Of a stretch of 64,000 nucleotides of DNA, positions 51,801-64,000 are shown piece by piece. Both the position numbers and the translations under genes were made by a program. Origin of the DNA: Azolla caroliniana (lineage: Eukaryota; Plantae; Polypodiophyta); the NCBI GenBank assembly GCA_043228905.1, contig JBHGNT010000007.1, positions 9,982,001-10,046,000 on the forward strand, written 5' to 3'. The notes under the pieces are model-generated. The model did not search any database, was not told the origin of the DNA, and saw only the letters and a program-made list of their open reading frames with translations. Each line of letters begins with the position of its first letter. Position 1 is the stretch's first letter.

Positions 51801-54800
51801 CCGCCATGACCTTCGTAGTTGGAGTTGTGCCCGTACATTCCGCTATACTCTTCATAGTCGGAATTGTGAGTGTAATTCGTGAGTTGTTAGCTTGTGTAAG
51901 CCGATTCACGCAGCTTCTTTCAGCACTCTTCTTCATGGTGGCTGAGGTTTCTGCAATATCCGCATTCGGTTGCGTTTTGACGGCTCGGGCCAGAGTGGAA
52001 GCTCCCCCTACTTGCGAAGGTTCCTCATTGGCTTCCGTTTTGCGGCCGAATTTGGGATTTGTTGTCGTAGGTCGGACCTCGTCCGCCTTGTCCTTGGCCG
52101 AATCGGCCCCTCGCTCGTCCGCATCCTCTTCCTCCGTTCGAGTGCGTGTATAGGATGTGGCCTTCCGACTCATTGCTCCTTGTACGCATGTGATTTTCTT
52201 CGACCAATAGCATTGATTGGAGCTCGAAGAAGGAGGGAGATTTCTCCCTTGCTAGAATGGCGGTTCGCATCACACCAAACCGTGGTGCGAGGCCGCCGAG
52301 GCATATTTGCACCATCTCATCATCATCGATATTTACGCTTATTGAGCCAAGCGAGTTGCAAAGCTCCTTGATCTTCAAGGTGTATGCCGTGATGGACATA
52401 TCCCTTTGTTAAATGTTGTTCAACTCTTGGCGGAGTTGAAGCCTTCTTGCGGTTGTGTTCGCCGATAAAATCTTTCGTAGATTTTCCCATGCCTCCTTCG
52501 ACATCTTGGCTTCGCGAATGTAGCCGAGCATGTGACGTGAACACATGTCGCCAAGAAATACATCACGCAGCTTGCGTCTTGCTCCCATGTCGCGCATCCG
52601 GGAGCCATTTCGATGGGTCGGTCTTCGTGTGCTCCTCTTGTGTAGCTCCAATAGCCTTGTCCGACAAGGTATTGGTGCATCTTGTACTCCCAAGATGCGA
52701 AGTTGCTTCGATCCAAATTCTCGGTAGGGAGAGCGCTCCCCATTTGGGTATTCATTATGTCTGATCTTCTTCTTCTTCTTCTCTCTTTGAATGCGAGCTA
52801 TGTAGCGAAGCTACGATAGCGATGAGCCGGTTCTTGGTCGTCGGCATGGAGCACAACACACGATCACGATGAGGCGAATGGGCTAGATCGAGCTACCAAA
52901 TCGCTCTGATACCATGTAAAGAATCAAGAGATGGATTTTGTGTAGCGGAATAGATATGAACTGTTGTTGTCCGCCGGAATAGTAACCGATGGACAAGGCT
53001 ATTGAATAGTAACCGCAGTAATATGGAATAGAATACTACTGTAACGCATGTAACGGTTCATGCGGGAAGCGTGAACGGCTAAAAGACCCTGCGTATATAA
53101 AGGGTAGAAAACCTCTGATAGAGGTAGCGCGTAATTTTGAATGTAAAAGGCGTATCATAATAGAGTTCTATCTTCTTTGATATCTGTGTGTAGATGTGGT
53201 TAATCTACTGTGTTTCTGTAATTCTTAAGAGCGTAGGAGTCAGTAACGGTGTGTGCGCTAGCCCACTGTCTAAGGAGCTCGGTTGTAGCCGTCTCTCTTA
53301 TACGCTGCTAGGTTACGGGAAGTATCCCCACCAAGTACTACGCACAGACGCTACCATTTGTTGTCACACAGTCACTTGGAGGTCTAGGTCGAAGGGTTGA
53401 CCATAGACCGTGTTCCTAATCGGCAACACTTTTGACACGAATATATTCCGGCCTTCATGCAAGTTTTTTCAGACGATTTTGCGGTATATGGGAGAACAAC
53501 CGACCACTTTACGCATCTGCAACTGTGCCTGGAACGTTCCTGTGCCGCACGCTTAAGCCAAAATCCCACGAAATGTGCCTTTGGCGTTACCAACGGGGCT
53601 CTCCTAGGCCATATAGTCAGCAAGGAAGGGATAACAGTCGATCCGAATAAAATCTCTGCGATTAGTCAAGCCAAAACTCCGACAAATGTGAAATCACTCA
53701 GCCGTTTTTTAGGACAAATACGATGACATAGTCGGATGATACGATATTTGGCGAACTTCGCCACTCCGTTACATGCCACCGTGCACCTGACTCCCTTCCA
53801 ATGGACAATGACGGAAGAAAAGGCATATGATGCGCTAAAGGTAATGCTCACGCAGGCACCCGTCGTACAACCACCAGTTTGGGCGAAGCCATTCCACGTG
53901 TTCGTAGATGCCTTAGACATAGCAATAGGAAGTGTGCTAATGCAGCTCACAGAGCCGAATTGGTACCGACCGGTGTACTATGCTAGTCGGAAATTATCAA
54001 CAGAGGAGCGTAACTATTCCACGACGGAAGGAGAGGCGTTGGGGATGATCTATAACATCAATAAATTTCGGCATTATCTGTTAGGGTGAAAATTCACGTT
54101 TCACGTGGATCATACGGCATTGCTGTATTTGGTGGAGAAACAAGCGCTGACGGGGAAATTGGCGAGATGGATGTTGCTGCTTCAAGAATTCGATTTTGTA
54201 ATTCAACACCACCCAGGTACGCAACACGCAGTAGCAGATTTTTTGAGCAGACTCGATAATGGAGAAATGGCGTAGAAGGATGACGACGACTTTCCGGATG
54301 TAGACATTCTACGGGTAGTAGCACTAACAAAAAGAACAGAAAAGACCTTTCCGGACCGGTGGCTCATGGAAATGACCTTCTTTTTTACTATGGGACTACC
54401 CCCACCGCAATTACGCATGGACGAGAAGAAACGATTAGCTGTCCAGAGCCATAACTTCTGCCTGGTAGAAGGAATCTTATATCACAAAGGCAGTGATAGC
54501 ATTTGGCGACGCGGTGTACGTCAGGATGAGAAAGAAGCGATCTTACGGGAGGCTCACTGCGGCACAACAGGCTGACATTATGCGGGTGATGTTACGGCCC
54601 GGAAAATATGGCAAGCAGGCCTATGGTGGCCAACTACACAGAAGGATGCATACGATTATTGCAAAAAGTGCGATTTATGTCAACGGATGGGCTAGCCCAC
54701 GGAGGGCGCAAGAATGCCACACCAGGCCGTATTGCTGTTAGATCCCTTCCAAAAGTGGGGATTGGATTTACGAACACATATGGTGTTGGTTCGGTTGTCC

Positions 54801-55756
54801 GATTGAGCTTATCAGCGATCAGGGGAGCCTATTTCTCAATACGGTGGTTCGTGAACTAACACATCATTACGCCGTGGTCTACAAGAAGAGTACGCCATGT
54901 TATCCACAGGCGAATGGGTTGGCGGAATCCACCAACAAGACATTACAGACCATATTAAAGAAAATCGTCAATGAAAATAGAACGGACTGGGATACCAAAT
55001 TACATGACCAGCTACAATAGGACAAGCATACATGACCAGCTACAAAACAAGCATATAGTCAACACCGTTTCGACTAGCGTTTGGGTTGGAGGCCATTATG
55101 CCAGTAGAGTTTCAGATACCCAGTTTACAGATTCAAGTACGGGACCGACTATCTGAAGCCAAGTCGGAGGAAGTACGACTCCACCAGCTACTCGAACTCG
55201 GCGAAACACACGTACACATCATGGCTGTGTTGGAGCAGGAATAACGACGGCGTAAAGCGTTTGTGGATCGACATCGGAATGCACGGGAAAAGGATTTTGG
55301 GGTCTGTAGAGCAGTACTGGTTTTCCAAACCCGCATGGGGCATATGCCAGGAAAATTATGATTTCGTTGGACAGGCCCGTACTGGATAGTAGGAGCGGAA
55401 CAAGGCACGTTTCAACTAGGGACGCTGTCCAGGGAAGTATTACGACAGAAAGTGAATGGGTTTCGCCTTAAACCTTATCTGGGACCTACGCCACCTAACC
55501 CGTTTCCCGCCGGACAGGACAAAGCCGGAGAATCCGCAGAGTAAGTAGACAGCCCGACTTGTATTATAGTGTAAAATATGCTTGTATGTAACCGCTATTA
55601 AAGAAAAGAAAAGAAAAAAAAAAAAGAGAAAAAGAAAAAGAAAAAAGAAAAAGAAAAGAGAAAAAAAGAAAAAAGAAAAAAGAGAGGAGAAGATAGCGAC
55701 ACTATTAAAAGAACTTAAGGCATGCACACACTTCTAGACCCAGAACACGCGGCACC

Positions 55757-58700
55757 ATGATGGCTCACCGACCAATGAACCCTAGGCCACAGAAAGAAGG
55801 AAATAGAAGGTTTTCTGCACAATACAGAAATCAACCTCCGAACTCTCAGCGCTCTCATCGCTCCCCTTCCTCACCTTCTTCTCCGTCCTATCACAGAGCT
55901 CAAGCCCACCACAACCAACAATCTTCACCCCACGAGCCTACTTTGACTATGCCGATATTCATCTCTACCGCCTTGTGTCGATGGCTTGTGGAGAAACGCT
56001 TGGATGGGTACATCAGGGTCGGGGAGGCACCTCCACACCTTGATGCACTGGACATCGCCAAAAAGCTCAACATCGACATGGTCACCAACTCATCCATCCG
56101 GAAAAAGTTGGACCTGTCATCCCTAGGTGAAAGGAATTTTGAAATCCCTCCTGCAGAGACGCTGCAGAGTTATTTCGGTCCATATTCGTCATCCGCCAAA
56201 ACATATAGAATGAAGGAGATCCCGGATCACTTTTTCCGCGAAATCGCCAAGTTCCTATTAGAGGTCGGATGCCCAAGTAGAAGGCAGGTATCATCATTGA
56301 TACCTTTGAAGGGCGTATGGTCGATTGGGGGGTCATCATGGGACCGGCGTTAAGGGAAGGCCTACACGCGTATCAAGGAGGCAAAAAGCTCAGGCCTATC
56401 ATACAACAGTACCTAACGGTACTATTCCCACCCCGAGGCCTGCCAACACCAGAGCCCAGCAAGCCCACGCCGCCGCCTCTATCCGCGAAGTGAAGAATAG
56501 CGGAGTTAGCCACCACAGAGTGGGAGGATGAGCCCCAACCCCCCCAGCTGAACACGCGAACAATGCAGGAAGAGTAGACGGCGCGCACCGAGGAAGCGGC
56601 ACCGGAGCCAGATGCCGAACCACGACTGGAAAACCCTAGGCCGAAAAGGCGGAGGCTGGACAGGAAAGATGGGCGAGGATTAGTTAAAGACGCACTCGCG
56701 GCTGCGGAGACGACGACCGTTGGCGACAACTCTACAGCTACAGAGCCCAACACCACCTTTATAATAATCCGGGAACCACGGCCGATCATTACGGCCCAGT
56801 CATAGTGAGGGAAAGCCCTATTGACGGAGGAAAGCAAGGTCCTGGCGTATCCGGATATCCCGGACACGGCCCATGAGTTCGGCGCACTATTACAGTTCAG
56901 AACCTCTTTTGAAGTCATGGAATTGTTGGCAACGCAACAAATAAAAGTTTCACAACGAATGGCCGAGGAGCATGTTGTCGCGAAAATACAATGAGGACAC
57001 GTGAACTTGAGGTAGGACCCCGGGGCCTCCAACCAGAGGTTATCAGATTCATGTGTTTATATTAAACAATTAATAGAAATAAGAAAGATTGACAAATTTC
57101 ATTAACAAATAGAAAGAAAGATTACAATTAATCCCAAGATTGGGATTACAAAAAGTTCAGCTAATGGAGATTGCTAGTGCTAGAGTAATAGATTAGAAGA
57201 GACTAAATATGGATTCAATAGAAATTTTGGGTTTTTGGCTTTGATAAGAGATTTTAGATTTTGAGAGATATCGCTTCTATAGGGAAAATTAGGGTTTATG
57301 AGAGATATGGCTCCGATAAGATCCGAGAGCTCCGAAGGAAAGAAAAATAAGATAAAAAAAATATGGAGAGCCCTCGTTGATCATATGCATGTCCACTTTT
57401 TGTCGCATGGCCTCTACTTTTAGTTGCATAGCTTTTTCTTTTAGTTGCATCTATTTTTAGTTGCATGGCTTTTTCTTTTAGTTCCATGCGACCATCCACA
57501 TGACCTTTACTTTAGTTTTCATCACTTCACTTTAATTAGCCACATGATCCTATCATCCGTTTTGTTTGTGCCCAGCCTTGTCCGGTCGCCGGTTCCGTCC
57601 GGTCGCCGATTGTCGCCGTCGGTTCCGGTTACTGGTCGGTTTCCGGTTTTGCTTACCGACCGGTTTCGGTTTTGCTTATTGGCCGGTTTTGGGTTTTGCT
57701 TACCGGCCGGTTTCCGGTTTTTGGGAACTTAGCCACCATCATCCATCAAGACAAAGTGGCCAAAGTGATCTTAGCACCAATGAAAATGAGGGGTCTCAAG
57801 GTGCTTATATAGCCAGGGCCTTAAGTTTCCTATCTATGTGGGATACTTCAAAATTCTATTTTCTCTATCTTCTCAAGCTTCATCTCCACCTAACTTGTTA
57901 TGTAGTTGTCTATTTTGTATGTAGTAAAATGCGTTTTGAAGCTCTTGAGTACATCCATATTTCTATAACAAGCTACTAATCTAATCTAAACTAATTGTTT
58001 CATTATTTTTTTACATAGTGTGTGAAGATTCACACGACAACGTGGAGCGTCAAATGATCGAGCGCGCATTAACACAAATGACGGAAAGTGACGATGAGGA
58101 CCAGTTACCCAGAGTCAGCAGACAGAGGAACGCCGGTATCCGCCGAATGGGGATGGAATTACCCCCATTAAACGTGGCCCTTGTCGAAGTTCATAGGGAA
58201 CTGGCAAAGGCCAGCATGGGCGCCAAGGAGATGGCCATTAAAAATAAAAATGTCTGGAAAAAGGTTAAACTGACCCAAGCCGAGCTGCAAAAAGCCAATG
58301 AACACATCGTGGAGTTGGAAAATAACGCAACTACGGTGCAATAGGCAGCTCAACCACCAAACAACATCGTCGAAGCCTTGAGGGAAGAAATTGAGGCTTA
58401 GACCGCCATTGCCTCAAAAACAAAACGGGTCGTACAACTAGCGGAATCAGAGATTGATCGCCTCCGCGCTGAACTTCGCCAGTCCTCGGACAAAGAAAAG
58501 GACATACGGGCCAACGGCCAAAAGGTAGTGAAGACCCTTGAAGAGAAACTCACAGCGGAGATAGCACAGCACACCCGGATAAAAGAAGGAAACACCCAAT
58601 TACGGGAAGAAGCGAAAAAATCGGAAGCGGCAATCATGGGACTCCGGGCCTTATTAGAGAAAAAGAAAGCATGGTTCTATGAGCAGCTAGTGGGAGAACA

Positions 58701-59641
58701 GGAGAGAAGGCATCAACTCGAAATCCGCCTCAACAATGAAATGGGAAAACTGGAAGAAATACATGCGAAGGAATCCCAACTTTGGGCAGGTATGAGGAGC
58801 ACGTATGAGGAAGCGGTGGCAGTTAATCAGCAAGAAATTGCAAACCTCAAGAAATCTATAGAAGAAGCACGCAACTGTTTCCAAGCCATAACAAACAACG
58901 TGCGTATCCTTCTGCAAACAAACGGTGCTAGACAAAGGCTGGATGGCGTGGGCTGCACAAGCGGCGGAATTGCATACGTATCAAGCGGACTGGGAGAACT
59001 GGAGGAAAGACGGTCGAGGCCAAGGCGTCTATAAACTCAATGAGGACAGCATTGCGGCAGTACGCGAGGACTTAACGCAAGACTATTGCATGCTAGCGAA
59101 CCAACATTCCGAAGAACTCGCGCACCTACTAGATGATTTTGGCGAAAGTTAGGAGGACACACAAATTCTAGATACTACCGAATAAGAGGAACCTCAGGCC
59201 ATGTCACCAAAAATTACGACTACAGTGAACAGCGCGGAATGGCAAGTGGAGTCCCCCACAATACCAAACAGCGAAACCACTGCCCAAGTGGAACCCCATC
59301 CACCGGAGCATACGCTTACGACTGACCGCATGGAGAACGTCCCGGACCAAGAGGAACCGCAAACCCAAGAGCGTAGAACGGCGGCCGACATCACGGGGGA
59401 AGTGACGGACGAAACAGAACTGCGACCTACCGCAAGCCCGCGGACGGCTGAACTAAACCCCCTAGCCCACGAAGAGCCCATAGTACCCGGCCCACCCACA
59501 CAAGACGACCACGACACCCTGAACAGCCCTCCGGACCAAGCAAGGGAACTACACAACGACGCGACCACAGGCCCTACGTCGTCCCTAGACACGAACATTG
59601 TAGCAGAACCAAACATTAGGGCCATTTTGGAGGAAGATTAA
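55757..59641 (+). pseudogene. Extra ORF of the gypsy element (unknown function; coiled-coil, acidic Pro/Thr-rich tail), interrupted by a solo LTR
   Basis: Run of + strand ORFs (55757, 58018, 58528, 58925, 59201) between integrase and 3' LTR; heptad-rich 58200-58900. Confidence 0.65.
57038..57970. mobile_element. Probable solo LTR inside the extra ORF
   Basis: Abrupt AT-rich composition; GTTAT...ATAACA ends; CCGGTT repeat cluster 57580-57722 like the 8192-9023 LTR; no TSD found. Confidence 0.55.
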
Positions 59642-62322
59642 AGGGATGGGTTCGACGTGCCATGGCACTGTCCCACGGGCGTGCCAAGTGTTATCCACCG
59701 GAATAGTAACTGATGGACAAGAGCACAGTAATATGGAATAGAATACTATTGTAACGCATGTAACGGTTCACGCGGGAAGCGTGAATGGCTAAAAGACCCT
59801 ACGTATATAAAGGGCAGAAAATCTCTGATAGAGGTAGCGCGTAATTTTGAATGTAAAAGGCGTATCGTAATAGAGTTCTATCTTCTCTAATATCTATGTG
59901 TAGTAGTGGTTAATCTACTGTGTGTCTGTAATTCTTAAGAGCGTAGGAGTGAGTAATGGTGTGTGCGCTAGCCCACTGTCTAAGGAGCTCGGTTGTAGCC
60001 GTCTCCCTTATACGCTACTAGGTTACGGGAAGTATCCCCACCAAGTATTACGCACAGATGCTACCATTCGTTGTCACACAGTCACTTGGAGGTCTAGGTC
60101 AAAGGACTGACCATAGACCGTGTTCCTAATCGGTAACAACTGTGTGTGTGTGTGTGTGTATGAGAGAGAGAGAGAGAGTGAGAGATACAAGGAGTAAGAC
60201 ACAGAGAATACGCAAGGTAAAAGTATATTAACAAAGGAGAAAGACTCAACATTATACAAGGTGGTAGGAGGGTGCTTTATATAGTCACCCTCTCTCTTCA
60301 TTAACTACAAGACTCATGGAGCATGGGTAATGTGAAAGCTCATAAGTTATGTGTCATAGAATATGATTCTATGACTCATACTAAATGCTAGAATACTAAG
60401 TGGTGACATAATGGTGACTCTTGACCGTTCGAGTGTCTATTCACTCTCAAGGTGAGTTCACACACTAGACCAAGTTGAACTTGATTCTCAACACTTCTCT
60501 TTCTTTGAATAAGCCTTTTATATTCATGCAAATGCTTTTGGTAAATCTCTTTATCCTTTACGACATCCGAAACTATAAGGCACTTCCGAGCTTCACGACA
60601 TTCTTTGAGATCAATAGATAAAGGCCTATGATTGGATTCCGGTGTCCATTCACCAAGTGAGAATTTATGTATCCGATCCAAAATACCTTCAAAAAGTAGC
60701 ACATAGTGAATCACACTATTTCCGTTGTGTTTTCTACATGTAAAACCATTAGTGTTGGGCCATAAGGAAATACCATTTGCAATAAGCAATCTGATACTAT
60801 TACACATTTGTAGGAGTAACTTCCCAAATTGGTCCGGATCTTTTTCATTGCTAGAAGAGCGGCTATGCATTTGCATATCCTCTTGCATCCTTGAGATATG
60901 TGGCATGAATGATTCTTGTGAATCAAGATGGAAACTTCTTGTATGAGCATTCATGTCACCAAAGACAATAACTTCCCCTTTGGATTTGAAATAAGCAATA
61001 TCATCTTTTAGATTGGCAAAAGATTGATCTTTATTCAAACAAGCATAAAAGTTAGCATCTAGATGAGGAATGTAACATCCAACTACAAAAGTGGGCAAAT
61101 CTTTAGGTGTTTCTATTTTGAGCCATATGTGGCATTTATGTTCATCATTTTTTATGATTGACATATATTTCTCTATTTCCTTCTTAATCAAACATGCCAC
61201 CCCTCCTTGTCCTCTTCTTTGTCTTGCATTTTTCTTCCATATCAAAGAGTGTACATTATAGTTACCAAAACCTTGATTCCTTTGAGTATCATGCTCCCAT
61301 GTTTCAACAAGAAGTGTGATATCTGAGTCATCGGTGAACTCCTCTATGCCAAATCCCGCATTCCATGGGTATTCATTGCAATTCCAAAAGCATAGTCGTA
61401 AAAGGCATGCGTTAGTCTCATAGGTCAAGTGTCCCTATTTGCCTACATTTCCATCTTTAGGCACATCCTAAACCTCATTTTTCAATCTTTCTTCATATGC
61501 TTTACGGCGAACATTTTCTTGTGAGATATTACAATCTTCACTCACAAAGCATTACGTACCTTTGAGGTATACCCAACTATTTTTGAGTATGATCCGCCGC
61601 TTTGTATCATCTGTCATTGTGCATACAATAGGCCTTTCTCTGGAGTGAGTAACACCATGTTTCCCAACTCGGCGTGCCCCATATACATTCACATCTAACA
61701 TCCCATAATGCATGCTAAAAAATTCACCAATGGCCTTTCCAAGGGATGCGGGTGTTTCCATACTCTCTTCTTTAATCCCACAGATGACAATGTTCTTTGA
61801 TCGTCATTCACATTCTTTTAATTCTTGGACATCTATGCTTTATATATTCTTCTCTTGATGCATCACAAGCATATTAGATGAGTTTGATACCACATCAACA
61901 CCACATACATCGGCCCATGACTTCGTTGTACATACATTTTTCATCTCACTTACATCCCACCTCATCGTATCCAATTTTTCTTCTTTTAATGCTTTAACTC
62001 AATCCTGTTAAGGCACTAATTTGTTTCGAAAGAAGCTCTTTTACATTCTTGAATCTCTTCTTCAAGTTTTGCAACCACCTTCTTAAGACGTTCATTCTCA
62101 ATGACAACAATTTGGAGCTTAGCATTCTCTTTCATTAATGTCCTAATCTCTTCACCTTGCTTATTTATGGTTTCTTGAAGAGAAATCAAGTGACTCATAA
62201 ACATTTTGTCCATTGCATTGGAATCGAGATTTGTTAGTGATCTCAGTTCATTATCAATCATACCCCCAAACTTTGTGGCGGCTTTACGAGTGTTTGCCAT
62301 TGTAGGGAAAAACCCTAGGGTA

Positions 62323-63478
62323 AGAGAGATAAATAGATAGATTGATAAATAGATAGATTATATTATTGTCTTCGGAGGTCAAAAAGATCTATGAGACCAA
62401 AAATATTACATTTCACGTGATACGTGTGAAAGTGAGTAGTGACTCTCAATGTTCAAGAACTCTACCAATGAATGTTGCAATCGAGAGTGCACATTGTGGT
62501 TGTGAGAGGAATTCATGCAAAGATTGGCCTCGGTCGAAGAGATGTGGAAAGCATGGTCCAATATGATCAAAGGCAGAGCATTGTATCAAAGAGTGATTCT
62601 CAGACTCGTGAACTTGTTTAGGGCAAAGTGTGCATAGTCGACCACTCTCATTACTTGTGCCCCAACGCCTTGTTTCACATCGCAATGCATGTGAGCTAAG
62701 TCACATGGAAACAATGGTTCGAATGGCAGATAACGGTATGGGCTCTAACATGTATCGATGTGTATGATTTCCCCGTTCCGCAAAGAATATGGTTTTGTAG
62801 TTAGGTGCAACATGTGTAGTATAATGTGTGAAGTGCGAGCCTCCACATTTGTCCCATGTCATGATACATTGGAGTTGCAAAAAGGCCTCATTTATAGAGG
62901 AATCTAATGATGCATCATGAAGCAAGTGTCTCACATCCCCTCTACCAAACCATTTTTCTATATCTTGCATCCAACCGGAACACAAAATTTTGCTTTTATG
63001 CGTTTTTTGGATCTTTTTGCTTGCTTCCCACACAATTCTAGGAAATTGATGTGAGGGACTTTTTTGAACCTTAAGCATGTATTCAACAACCCTTTCCATG
63101 GCCATGATCTCAATGGGAAGCGATCCCGTCTCAAGGAGGAGGGTGTAGGGCGTTTGTTTCTTAACTTGTAGAAACTTTGTAAGAAAATGTTTTTGGACAT
63201 TTTCAAACTCTTTCCACATAGATTTAGGGATGCTACTGCCCCATACTTCCACCCCATAGAGAAGAACCGGTGTCACCAAAGTGTCGAAAAGATATTGCTT
63301 GAGGACCCAACACTTAATACCTCCAAGATTGCATGTGTTCTCAAATGCATAGTATGCTCGCTTACCCGCCTCTAAGCGGCGTGTAGCACATTCATTCCAT
63401 CTATGATTTGAAGGAACTTCAAGGCCAAGATATTTGAAGCTTTCCACACATTCAATTGGCTCATTGTTGTACATAATG
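62323..63478 (-). mobile_element. 5'-truncated 'LINE 2', same family, head-to-tail with LINE 1
   Basis: ORF 62701-63474 (FKYLGL, TPVLLYGVEVWG); 3' end matches 36675-37190; (CTAT)n-like tail at 62323-62358. Confidence 0.9.
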
Positions 63479-64000
63479 TTACAAAGAGGGAGAGAGAGAG
63501 AGAGAAAAAATGATGCCCGGAGTGAACATACACAGAGCTTTGAGAGATAGAGACAGAGAGAGACAGAGAGTGTTCATGATTCCAGAAAATCAAAAATAGT
63601 GTATTACTAAAAAAGCAAGAATAACCAACTACATACAAAGAGAGGGAGAAGGCGCTTATGTAGTCACCATCTCTCTAAGTTCTTTTACTAGTAGCGCCTC
63701 TTGGGAAAGGGGTCATGTCTTAACTTCCTAAGAATATGTGTCATAGAACATTAACTTCTATGACACACTAGTTACTATACAAGGAAGTGGGGTGTTCACA
63801 CTAGTATCCTAGAGTGTCTTCCCACTCACGGGAAGTTGAGTTTGATTCTCAACCGTCCCCAATTTAATCCAACTTGGACAAAGTACCAAAACTCAATGGG
63901 ACTTACCAAGGAGCCCAGTCCCAATCCCAAAGAAGGGGCCACCATTAGTTGTCCCAACCTTGTCAGAATAGGTAGTCCTAACGGCTTGCCGCAACGACCA

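Larger units (their letters stand above)
52965..60138 (+). mobile_element. Non-chromovirus Ty3/gypsy element, internally deleted (no PBS/gag/PR), with an extra 3' ORF; LTRs 52965-53428 and 59689-60138
   Basis: Perfect TSD ACTGT (52960-52964, 60139-60143); RT C-terminus (FSDDFAVY), RNase H (FVDAL, YYASRKL), integrase (HCG..GHY, CDLCQ, SDQG, ANGLAE, WTGPY). Confidence 0.93.
47895..60493 (-). mobile_element. Ty1/copia 'copia D' inserted in LINE 1 (3' LTR 47895-48290; 5' LTR split into 52915-52964 and 60144-60493)
   Basis: Perfect TSD CTTCT (47890-47894, 60494-60498); PBS 52903-52914; gag MNTQMGSALPTE, INT (LWHKRI, HSDVWGP), RT and RNase H. Confidence 0.95.
36675..62322 (-). mobile_element. Near full-length two-ORF LINE ('LINE 1', RTE-X-like by inference) in three pieces: about 62322-60499, 47894-46227, 37193-36675
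   Basis: ORF1 coiled-coil/RRM-like (62300-61440); APE endonuclease (WNCN, LVETW, GDMNA); RT (QAGFR, VDFKKAFD, QGCPLSP, YVDD); C-terminal SSHALRCETG...CTLC...HTLMQC zinc motif; pieces rejoin across both TSDs. Confidence 0.9.
32111..63854 (-). mobile_element. Ty1/copia 'copia C' (3' LTR 32111-32495, internal region to PBS 36565-36576, 5' LTR split into 36577-36674 and about 63480-63854)
   Basis: GTCCC at 32106-32110 and 63855-63859; PBS reverse complement GCTCTGATACCA; gag MNTHMGSTLPTEKL, INT, RT and RNase H on the minus strand; about 63570-63854 matches 32200-32495. Confidence 0.85.

Noticed and set aside
55440-55727. Phe-rich membrane-like ORF
   Set aside because: Translation of the complement of an A-rich tract
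63477-63854. Independent solo LTR beginning TGTTAC
   Set aside because: Its right flank GTCCC matches the copia C left flank and no TSD of its own is seen; treated as the displaced part of the copia C 5' LTR, with some uncertainty

Overview
Eukaryotic plant nuclear DNA, most likely a fern or another seed-free plant (inferred from the PLS-type PPR relic and the TE repertoire). One apparently intact host gene, a 5-exon plastid-type PPR-SMR gene (17422-28392, +), sits between two nested transposon stacks. The left stack holds copia and chromovirus-gypsy elements. The right stack is a ~31.7 kb nest bounded by a GTCCC duplication: copia > LINE > [DNA transposon; copia > gypsy > solo LTR]. The most striking object is a 9029-bp cut-and-paste DNA transposon (37194-46222; 32-bp TIRs, AGAG TSD) with a Sola-like DDD transposase. 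It also carries a divergent, 6-exon spliced cargo gene encoding a ParB/Srx-like domain fused to a bacterial-style beta-class amino (N6-adenine/N4-cytosine) DNA methyltransferase. The first intron of that cargo gene contains seven 29-bp palindromes at 51-bp period whose spacers are one sequence in mixed orientations. This copy is decayed. All family calls come from motif reading by eye, not from database searches.
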